Origin: an uncultured Clostridia bacterium
Lineage (GTDB): Bacteria > Bacillota > Clostridia > Christensenellales > CAG-314
DNA: 64,000 nucleotides
Reading direction: 5' to 3'
Assembly (NCBI GenBank): GCA_947630455.1
Contig: CANRHP010000004.1
Location: forward strand, 20,414 to 84,413
The notes below the pieces were generated by a model that was not told where the DNA came from, searched no databases, and saw nothing but the letters and a program-made list of their open reading frames with translations. Position 1 is the first letter of the stretch. Each line of letters starts with the position of its first letter. A program made the position numbers and the translations under genes. This document shows positions 55,155 to 63,400 of the stretch, piece by piece.

Positions 55155-56945
55155 ATGAAAATAACGTCACAATTATTGAGAGAAAAATTTTTGGAATTTT
55201 TCAGTGAACGCGGACATGCCGTCATAAAATCGGCAAGTCTCATTCCCGAAAACGATCCAAGCGTATTGTTTACGACAGCGGGTATGCATCCGCTCATTCC
55301 CTATCTGTTAGGGCAAAAGCACCCTGCCGGACGTCGTCTTACCGATGTCCAGAAGTGCGTTCGGACGGGCGACATAGAGGAGGTTGGCGATGACAGCCAT
55401 TTAACCTTCTTCGAGATGTTAGGCAACTGGTCTTTAGGCGATTACTTCAATCACGAATCCATCGCCTGGAGCTATGAATTTTTGACGGACAAAAAATATC
55501 TCGGCTTGGATCCCAACCGTATATCGGTCACGGTGTTTGCCGGTGATGATGATGCACCTCGCGACGAAGATTCGGCAAGAGTTTGGGAGGAGTGCGGTAT
55601 CCCGAAGGAGAGAATATTCTATCTGCCCAAAAAGAACAATTGGTGGATTGCCGGCACAACGGGACCATGCGGACCGGATACGGAAATTTTTTGGGATACG
55701 GGCAAGCCCGCCTGTTCCGATCACTGCGATCCAAGCTGTGACTGCGGCAAATATCTGGAGATATGGAACAACGTGTTTATGCAGTTCAATCGTCAGGCAG
55801 ATGGTTCTTATTTGCCGCTCGCACAAAAAAATGTAGATACCGGTATGGGGCTCGAGCGCACCGTATGCGTGCTTAACGGTCTCAGATCCGTCTATGACAT
55901 TGACCTTTTCCAAGGTGCTCTTGCAAAGATTGAAGAGCTAAGCGGCAAAAACTACGGCAGTGACGTCAAAACAACCAAGGCAATGCGCATAATTGCAGAT
56001 CATGTGCGTACGGCGACGTTTTTACTGGGCGATCCTGTTGGCGTTGTGCCGAGCAATGTGGATCAAGGCTATGTGTTGAGACGTCTCATACGCCGTGCCG
56101 TTCGTATGGCAAACACTCTCGATATGCCCAAGGGCAGTATATCGCAGATCGCGCGCGTTTACATAGATGTTTACCGTGATGTGTACGCCGAGCTGGTTGC
56201 CAATGCCGATAAAATTATTGACGAGCTGGACAAGGAAGAAGATCGTTTTGTCAAAACGCTTGTTGCCGGTGAAAAGGAATTTTTCAAGGTTATATCTCAC
56301 ATATCCGGCAGCGTTGTTCCCGGAGGAACGGCGTTCAAGCTTTATGACACGTTCGGTTTTCCTGTGGAGATGACTGTGGAGCTTGCCGCGGAGAATGGGT
56401 ATACCGTGGATGTGGAGGGCTTCAAACAAAAGTATGCCGAGCACCAGGCCAAATCGCATGCCGGCAGCGAACAACGCTTCAAGGGAGGTATGGCGGAAGG
56501 TGGAGGCATAGAAACCACCTATCTGCACACGGCAACGCACTTGTTGCAGGCGGCATTGCGCAGGGTACTCGGAGACGAAGTCAAGCAAAAGGGCAGCAAC
56601 ATAACTCCCGAGCGTTTGCGTTTCGATTTCAGCTTTTCGCGTCCGATGACGGCGGAGGAAATCGCCGAAACAGAGCGCCTTGTCAATGAGGCAATAGAGC
56701 GCCGTTTACCCGTCACTTGTGAGGAAATGCCGATAGAGGACGCGCGCAAAACGGGCGCTATCGGTTTGTTCGGCGACAGATACGGCGAGGTTGTCAAGGT
56801 TTACACAATGGGTGATTTCAGCAAAGAAATATGCGGCGGACCTCACGCCGAAAACACGGGTGATTTGGGACGTTTTGTTATCACAAAGGAACAATCCTCT
56901 TCCGCAGGCGTAAGGCGTATCAAAGCCGAATTGCACAGAGATTGA
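55155..56945 (+). CDS. alaS: Alanine--tRNA ligase, short form (catalytic, tRNA-recognition and editing domains; no C-Ala domain)
   Basis: N-terminal FL.FF..RGH......SL.P.NDPS.LFT.AGM and FFEMLGNWS.GDYF. Editing-site motifs HTATH and CGGPH near the C-terminus. Only 596 aa. Confidence 0.8.
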   Translation: MKITSQLLREKFLEFFSERGHAVIKSASLIPENDPSVLFTTAGMHPLIPYLLGQKHPAGRRLTDVQKCVRTGDIEEVGDDSHLTFFEMLGNWSLGDYFNHESIAWSYEFLTDKKYLGLDPNRISVTVFAGDDDAPRDEDSARVWEECGIPKERIFYLPKKNNWWIAGTTGPCGPDTEIFWDTGKPACSDHCDPSCDCGKYLEIWNNVFMQFNRQADGSYLPLAQKNVDTGMGLERTVCVLNGLRSVYDIDLFQGALAKIEELSGKNYGSDVKTTKAMRIIADHVRTATFLLGDPVGVVPSNVDQGYVLRRLIRRAVRMANTLDMPKGSISQIARVYIDVYRDVYAELVANADKIIDELDKEEDRFVKTLVAGEKEFFKVISHISGSVVPGGTAFKLYDTFGFPVEMTVELAAENGYTVDVEGFKQKYAEHQAKSHAGSEQRFKGGMAEGGGIETTYLHTATHLLQAALRRVLGDEVKQKGSNITPERLRFDFSFSRPMTAEEIAETERLVNEAIERRLPVTCEEMPIEDARKTGAIGLFGDRYGEVVKVYTMGDFSKEICGGPHAENTGDLGRFVITKEQSSSAGVRRIKAELHRD

Positions 56946-56961
56946 TAAAGATGTTTCACTC

Positions 56962-57001
56962 AAAAAGGGACTTCGGAATTTTCCGAGGTCCCTGTTTTTT
57001 T
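56962..57001. terminator. Bidirectional rho-independent terminator between convergent alaS and GSIII genes
   Basis: GGGACTTCGG-AATTTT-CCGAGGTCCC hairpin flanked by A5 and T8 runs. Confidence 0.8.
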
Positions 57002-57011
57002 GACTAAAACC

Positions 57012-59069
57012 TTATTTTACACCAAACAACATTTGTCCGTATGTGGGCAGCGACCAAAGCTCTGCCGGTGTCAAAGCCTCCAGCATATCTGCCGATCTGC
57101 GCAGCGATTCAAGCGCGGGTGCCAAGGTGTCGCGGCAGTAGCGTGCCTGATCATCCAATTCACCCGAGGAAGAAAGCTCGTTCAGCAATTTTTTCAGTCT
57201 GAGCATGCGAATTTCCAGCCTCTGCAGCAGCTTGGTTATCCTCTCTGCCGAGCTTTGTTCCGTCTGACAGCTTGCTTCAAGCGCGCCTTTGTTTTGCGCT
57301 GTTTGAGCGAGCATACCGACGTACTTTTCCGCGCTGTACGATATATGCTTGCGGCACATTTCCAAGGCAACTGTTGCTTCAACTCGCACTGTGTTTATGT
57401 AATTTTCCAACATTATCTTTTGTCTTGCGGCAACTTCCCTCAGGTTAAGTACGTTGTGGCGCGAAAGCAGGTTTACATTGTGCGCATTGGTAAGAGCCAA
57501 AGACGAATCGACACAGTCGGAGCCCTTCAATCCGCGCAGCTTTGCTTCTGCAGCCCACTCGTCAGAGTAGTTGTTGCCGCTGAAAATAACGCGTTTATGT
57601 GCTAAAAATGTTTCCGTCACCAATTCTCCCGCGCTTTTCATCACATTCGGCGCATGAGCGAGTCTGTCGGCAAACTGTCTGAGACTTTCCGCAACGGCGG
57701 TGTTCAGCGCCGTATTTACATCGGCTATCGAAGTCGATGCTCCAACCGAACGAAATTCGAATTTGTTTCCGCAAAAGGCAAACGGTGAGGTACGATTTCT
57801 ATCTGTATTTTTGCCGATATTGGGCAAAATATCTATACCGAAACGCCATTTTCCGTTTGTTGCAATGCTTACGGCACGCTCCAACGACTGTCCCAAAAAT
57901 ACTGTCAGTACTCGTGGCGGCGCTTCATAGCCGCCCAAACGGCAATCGTTGCCGTGCGACGAAACGGCGGCAAGCAGCAATTCGTGATAGTCGTCCACGG
58001 CTTTGACGATCGCAGCCAAAAAAAGCAAAAATCGCGCGTTTTGTAACGGAGTTGTACCTGGCTCCAAAAGATTTTCGTCTCCGTCCGTCAACAACGACCA
58101 ATTGTTGTGTTTTCCGCTGCCGTTTACAAAGGAAAAGGGCTTTTCGTGCAGCAAGCAGGCAAAACCGTGCCTATCCGCAGTTTGTTTCAGCACCTCCATG
58201 GTAATTTGGTTGCTGTCTGCGGCAAGGTTGACGCGCGTGTAACAGGGCGCCAGCTCGTGTTGGTGCGGCGCAACCTCGTTGTGCTCGGTTCTTACAAGTA
58301 TTCCGAGCTTCCACAGCTCTCTGTCCACATCCTGCATAAAGTCGAGCACTCTGTCGTTTATCGGACAAAAGTAATGGTCGTCAAATTCCTGTCCCTTGGG
58401 AGCCGCCGCTCCAAACAAGGTACGCCCGGCGTACACAAGATCGGGTCGCTTGTCAAACAGCGATTTGTCTATGAGAAAGTACTCCTGTTCGGCGCCAACC
58501 ACTGCGTAAACGTGGTTTATCCCTTCTCCCAAGGCGTTCAGCACGCGTACTGCCTGTTTGTCCAACGCCTTGCAGCTTCTGAGCAGCGGAGTTTTTTTGT
58601 CCAAAACCTCGCCGCTTGCTCCGCAAAAGGTAGACGGAACATACAGACAGCCATCCTTAACAAAAGGATAACTTGTCACATCCCACTGCGTCAGTCCCCT
58701 TGCTTCGTAAATGCAGCGCATGCCTCCGCTGGGAAAGCTGCTTGCGTCCCCTTCCCCCTTGGACAGCTCCTTGCCGCGAAACTTCAACAGTGCGTTGTAG
58801 CTGCGGTTCAGACAAAACAGGCTGTCCCTTTTGCCTGCGGTACAATTGTTCAGCGGGCTGAACCAGTGAGTGTAGCGTGTTGCGCCCTTTCGGATTGCCC
58901 AGCGGCACAAAGCTTTTGCATATACATCTCGTGCTTTGGGCGGCACTTCGGAAAAATTATCGCGGGCATTTACTATCAAATTGTATGTAGCTTTAGGCAG
59001 ATATTTCTTCATTTTTACTTCGTCGAAAACGCAATCTGCAAAGGCGTCTTTATTGTGTGTGTATTTCAT
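57012..59069 (-). CDS. glnN: Glutamine synthetase type III
   Basis: 685 aa. N-terminal region with THWFSPL resembles the Bacteroides GlnN THWFQPL segment. Size and layout fit GSIII. Confidence 0.85.
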   Translation of the reverse strand: MKYTHNKDAFADCVFDEVKMKKYLPKATYNLIVNARDNFSEVPPKARDVYAKALCRWAIRKGATRYTHWFSPLNNCTAGKRDSLFCLNRSYNALLKFRGKELSKGEGDASSFPSGGMRCIYEARGLTQWDVTSYPFVKDGCLYVPSTFCGASGEVLDKKTPLLRSCKALDKQAVRVLNALGEGINHVYAVVGAEQEYFLIDKSLFDKRPDLVYAGRTLFGAAAPKGQEFDDHYFCPINDRVLDFMQDVDRELWKLGILVRTEHNEVAPHQHELAPCYTRVNLAADSNQITMEVLKQTADRHGFACLLHEKPFSFVNGSGKHNNWSLLTDGDENLLEPGTTPLQNARFLLFLAAIVKAVDDYHELLLAAVSSHGNDCRLGGYEAPPRVLTVFLGQSLERAVSIATNGKWRFGIDILPNIGKNTDRNRTSPFAFCGNKFEFRSVGASTSIADVNTALNTAVAESLRQFADRLAHAPNVMKSAGELVTETFLAHKRVIFSGNNYSDEWAAEAKLRGLKGSDCVDSSLALTNAHNVNLLSRHNVLNLREVAARQKIMLENYINTVRVEATVALEMCRKHISYSAEKYVGMLAQTAQNKGALEASCQTEQSSAERITKLLQRLEIRMLRLKKLLNELSSSGELDDQARYCRDTLAPALESLRRSADMLEALTPAELWSLPTYGQMLFGVK

Positions 59070-59085
59070 AACTTTTTCCTTATTT

Positions 59086-59114
59086 ACAATATGATTTTAT
59101 GCAAAGATTTGCAA
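59086..59114 (-). promoter_or_regulatory. Candidate GSIII promoter (TTGCAA-17 bp-TATTGT, minus strand) overlapped by a 14-bp palindrome
   Basis: Minus-strand TTGCAA at 59109-59114, TATTGT at 59086-59091. TGCAAA-GA-TTTGCA palindrome at 59100-59113. Confidence 0.4.
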
Positions 59115-59144
59115 CAAACTTGTTTTTTTTGCCGCGTCAATTGC

Positions 59145-59173
59145 TTGACAATCTTCCGCGCTGTTTGTATAAT
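59145..59173 (+). promoter_or_regulatory. Perfect-consensus sigma-A promoter of rplM-rpsI (TTGACA-17 bp-TATAAT)
   Basis: TTGACA 59145-59150, TATAAT 59168-59173. Confidence 0.7.
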
Positions 59174-59179
59174 AGAAAG

Positions 59180-59291
59180 GCTGTGAGTAATTCGGCGAAG
59201 TATTTTAAGCTCTGCTTCGTCTAAACCGCATTTCCACTGGCGGTAATTGCTCAACCGTGAACAGCGACAATCTTAAATCAGGAGTAAAACT
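59180..59291 (+). promoter_or_regulatory. rplM 5' leader, candidate ribosomal protein L13 leader
   Basis: About 110-nt untranslated leader between the promoter and rplM. An L13 autoregulatory leader is known at this position in Firmicutes. I did not verify the motif itself. Confidence 0.35.
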
Positions 59292-59726
59292 ATGATAAAA
59301 ACTTACATGGCCAAAAAAGAGGCCGTTGAAAGAAAATGGTACGTCGTAGACGCTGCGGACAAACCGCTCGGGCGTGTGGCAAGCCAAGTTGCAGCTATAC
59401 TGCGCGGCAAAAACAAACCCACCTTCACGCCCAATGTGGATTGCGGCGATCACGTCATTGTCATCAACTGCGACAAGGTAGTGTTGACGGGCGACAAGCT
59501 CACAAAGAAAATGTATGTTCGCCGTTCTCCCAGACCGGGTCATCTCAAAAGGACCCAATACGCCAAGCTCATGGCGGAGAGAAGTGATTTTGCTATGATG
59601 CACGCCGTCAAGGGTATGCTTCCTCACAACAGTCTCGGCAGAAAGATGCTCACAAAGCTCCGCGTCTACAAGGGAGCAGAACACAAGCACGAAGCACAAC
59701 ATCCCGAAGTGCTGGTGCTCGAGTAA
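59292..59726 (+). CDS. rplM: 50S ribosomal protein L13
   Basis: 144 aa. WYVVDA..K.LGR.AS..A..LRGK.KP.FTP is highly conserved. Confidence 0.97.
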   Translation: MIKTYMAKKEAVERKWYVVDAADKPLGRVASQVAAILRGKNKPTFTPNVDCGDHVIVINCDKVVLTGDKLTKKMYVRRSPRPGHLKRTQYAKLMAERSDFAMMHAVKGMLPHNSLGRKMLTKLRVYKGAEHKHEAQHPEVLVLE

Positions 59727-59740
59727 GGAGGAAATGACAA

Positions 59741-60151
59741 ATGGCTAAGGTAAAATCAACCAAAAAGGTACAATTTTGGGGAACAGGAAGAAGAAAGAAA
59801 TCTATCGCTCGCGTTCGTCTTATTCCCGGCGGAAACGGAACAATAACCATCAATCAGCGTGACATCGACCAATATTTCGGTCTCGACACACTCAAGTACA
59901 TTGTTCGTCAACCTCTCAACGCCACCGAGACTCTCGGCAAGTACGATGTTGTAGTCAACGTAAGCGGCGGTGGTTACACCGGACAGGCAGGCGCTATTCG
60001 CCACGGTATTTCCCGCGCGTTGGTAGTTGCAGGCGAAGACAAGGCGATCCTCAAAAAGAACGGCTTCCTTACCCGTGATCCTCGTATGAAGGAACGTAAG
60101 AAGTACGGTTTGAAAAAGGCGCGCAAGGCTCCGCAATTCAGCAAGCGCTAA
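59741..60151 (+). CDS. rpsI: 30S ribosomal protein S9
   Basis: 136 aa. GTGRRK.S.ARV and the C-terminal GGG..GQAGA.RHGI.RAL...RD.R..ERKK.G..KARK.PQFSKR. Confidence 0.97.
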   Translation: MAKVKSTKKVQFWGTGRRKKSIARVRLIPGGNGTITINQRDIDQYFGLDTLKYIVRQPLNATETLGKYDVVVNVSGGGYTGQAGAIRHGISRALVVAGEDKAILKKNGFLTRDPRMKERKKYGLKKARKAPQFSKR

Positions 60152-60225
60152 TCGCCCATTGTACGTCAGTTGTCATCGGCTGTATCAAGCCGGGCAACAT
60201 TTACAACCAAATATTTTCCATCAAG

Positions 60226-60259
60226 ATCCGATCTTTGTTCAAAAGGTCGGATTTTTTTT
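60226..60259 (+). terminator. Rho-independent terminator of rplM-rpsI
   Basis: 11-bp stem ATCCGATCTTT/AAAGGTCGGAT followed by T8. Confidence 0.85.
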
Positions 60260-60293
60260 ACTTCACACTTCAGTCTGTTGTTTTCTCTGTAAT

Positions 60294-60306
60294 CCCCCCC
60301 CCACCC
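60294..60306. repeat. Homopolymer tract C9-A-C3
   Basis: Read directly. It is inverted relative to the G11 tract at 60414-60424. Confidence 0.95.
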
Positions 60307-60341
60307 AATATTTAGGTAATTTTTGACCCTACAAAGCGTCT

Positions 60342-60375
60342 AAAAGTTTGAAAATGAAAAAATTTTCAAATTTTT
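60342..60375. repeat. 34-bp AT-rich near-palindrome (14-bp arms, 1 mismatch; perfect core TTTGAAAAT-N6-ATTTTCAAA)
   Basis: Read directly. Lies 25-58 bp upstream of the -35 box. Confidence 0.85.
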
Positions 60376-60399
60376 TAATTTTAATGTTGTTTTAATTTA

Positions 60400-60430
60400 T
60401 TGACAAATGCGCTGGGGGGGGGGGTATCAT
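60400..60430 (+). promoter_or_regulatory. Promoter with G11 tract in the spacer (TTGACA-19 bp-TATCAT); candidate phase-variable promoter
   Basis: TTGACA 60400-60405, G11 60414-60424, TATCAT 60425-60430. Confidence 0.55.
60414..60424. repeat. Homopolymer tract G11
   Basis: Read directly. Confidence 0.95.
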
Positions 60431-60488
60431 TGGTATTACATACAAATGTGAAAACTATGTATAACTAAATAGAAAGGAGGAAATCACA

Positions 60489-63400
60489 ATGACGCACAAA
60501 TTACACGGAAAAACATTGCTCATAGCCGTTTTTGCGGTTGTGCTGGTGCTTGCGCTCGGCGCGGCGGTGTTTTTCAGCGTATATTTAGCAAGTAACTCGG
60601 CAAAAGCCGAAGAGCAGCTTGTGCTCGACGGCAACACGGCGGACTATTCGATTTTAAACGACCATTCTAACGGCGTTAACAATTTTTGGACATATAGCCG
60701 TAGTAATAACGAATGGACCACCGGAGTCAAAAGAGCAGGTGCTTCAAACAACGGCGATGAGGCTAAGGCTTCTGTTTTGACGCTCAAGGTTACCAAGGAC
60801 GGTGACATTGCTTTTCAATGGAAGCTATCACTTGCATCTTCCAGTGCTGTTGCCGTGAGACATTATACCAATGTTCCCGAGGACGGCAGTCTTGAAACGG
60901 CTACTGTGGAATGGATCTACAACAAGGGCGAAGTAGATGAATTTAGTGCTAAAAAAAGATGTTTTGGTGATGAAGAACATTATCAAGGAAAGCTTGAAAC
61001 TGACACACAGAAGAATTACCAAAATATCACCGTTTCGGATTGCAAGGCAGGCGATTACGTAACCATTGCATATATGTGCAGCAGCAACGGCTCGTCAAAC
61101 ACTTATAATTTGAAGGTCAAGGGTCTTAAAGTTCCCGATACTCAATTTACAATTACTGCCAGGGTTGCAGATGGCCAATCGGAATTCGGCACAATCAAAA
61201 CGGAAAGAGAGGGTGAGGTATCTCAAGAGGGCGTTTTGGCAGCAAAGCGCGGCTATGATGAGTCTGTAACCTTCACGGCAGTACCCAGCGAGGGTTATGT
61301 TGCATATTGGACAAATGCCGATGGATCAAAAATCATAAGCTCCACGGAGGAATACTCCGTCAGCAATATTGCCGAAGGCAACGATGGAAGCGAGTTTACT
61401 GTAAACTTTGTTGAGTTGGCGGACAAGGAATCGTTGATAACCATGACCGAGCAGTCAGAGGATAACCCTTATTGGCAACTCACAGGTGAAGGCAAATACG
61501 AGCTGGTAGATATCAAGGAAACAGAGAAAGGCTCTGCAAACTACATTGATGAACAAACCTTGATGATAGAATTTGTCGGAGAAAAATATTTGTCCTTCGA
61601 TTACTCATTGATTAAAGAGAACAATTTATCAACCGGTTCTCTTCTCAGCTTGAGAATTCATGTGGACAACACTTACCCGGATGGCATCATAAATGGTTCA
61701 CTTAAGGCAACGGGTTCTCCCGATGCCGAGGGTTCGCCGCTTCGCGTTAATGTGCACATTGCAGGTGAAGGCTACCACAAAGTGCGCCTGACTGCATATT
61801 GCGGTGGTTCTTCTAACCAACACCTTTTTGGCAATGAAAAGCTTTCGGTAGAAAACATTACTCTTTCCGATGAGGCTCCAACGGAGAACATCGTGGTTGT
61901 TTACGATTCGCGCCTTGCCGAACTCTATTATAAAGACGAGCTCGTTCCTGCGCAGAACGAAGGTGAGGTCGTTGAGCAGCAGCTTACGGTACCTATTGGA
62001 ATCTCATACAAAATAAAGCTGGTTCCCAGAACAGACGTTATCTCTTCTATCGACAACGTCAGCACAACGTCCGCCAAGTTCCTTTCGGGCGAAGCAAACG
62101 TTGTTCCATTGATAGGGAGCGGTCCGTCTTTTTCGACCTCTTACGGAAGCGGAAATGTAGAAGTGGAATTGGGACACTATGTTGGCAAGAATTATGCTTT
62201 CGGTAGTTCGGAATATCCTTTGAATGAAGGCGAATCTCAGCTTAAGGTGACGTTTACGTTTATTGAGTATGCTCCGGCACCTATAGTAAAGGTTACCAAG
62301 CAAATGGATAGCGAAATCGAAGAAAATGTGCCGGTGGAAGATGGTCAAATTGTTGAATTCCCATTCCTTAAAACAAATTCGGCAACAGTCTTTGTTCAAA
62401 AGTCCGAAAAATTCAGTCTGGAAAACTATCAAATAAAGATAGACGGTGAATTGTACTCGGGCGTTGAAGACGGAACTATTGAGGGTTATTATGTGTTTGC
62501 TCTCAACGATGTAAGTATTCACTCCGTTGATGTGGCGTATGTCTCCGAGGAGTTCGATTGCTCCAAAGGAAAAATGAGCTTCACCGTCAAGGAGGTTGTT
62601 GAGGGCGGCACGTTGAGTGACATTGTTCACACCCCGGGGCTTAGCGTTACAAGCAAGGTCAACCAGAAGTATTCTACGGCAACGTATAAATGGGACTTTT
62701 CCGGACCGGATTCCGAGGAAAATAACTATGCCTATGGAATGACGGTTAAAGATAGATTTAGAGAAAACGGTTTTGCCGAAACTCAATATATTGCTGCAAA
62801 CCTCATTTTCTCCATGACCGATGAAGTGCAAGAGGAGCAGGGATGCATAACGTTTCAATTTAGACTTGCCGGCCACGATGCAACAGATGCGGGGGGTCGC
62901 CATTTAAGCGGAAAATTATATTACAGGATAGGCAAGGAATTTAGCGCAGACGATAGTAGTAAAAACAGCTTTTCCGATGCAACGCTTATTGCAAGGGCTA
63001 ATGATGCAAATGATGAAAGCTCACTCGAATTGGGCAATGGCGTGGTTGCAGGCTCCGATGGTTGGTATAAGGTCAGCATTGTGGTTCACAAAGGAGAAAA
63101 ACTGTACATCGGCTTTTTGGCTTACTATTCCGGTTCTCGTGCAGGCGACGCGGTTTATGGCGATAGCTCGGTTGCAATTCGTAATGTCGAGTTTATCACA
63201 GGTGAAAAGAACCTGAAGCTTGGTCTGTGTGATGAAACAACAGGCTCCGCAAAGGCAACAGTTGGAGAACAGTCTTACGATGTTGCTGCACAAGGTGAGG
63301 AACAAAGCTTTACAGCTTCGGCAGGTTCAATAATAAACCTGCAAGCCACCCTTGGCAGTGATGAGATCTTCTACGGTTGGACTGTAAACGGAATTCTTGT

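Noticed and set aside
58107-59186. 359-aa plus-strand ORF opposite the GSIII gene
   Set aside because: It is antisense to a clear glutamine synthetase III frame. It would also run through the rplM promoter.
62004-62903. 299-aa minus-strand ORF and several plus-strand ORFs of 80-165 aa listed between 62.0 and 63.8 kb
   Set aside because: All lie inside or antisense to the uninterrupted frame-3 ORF that starts at 60489 with a strong SD.
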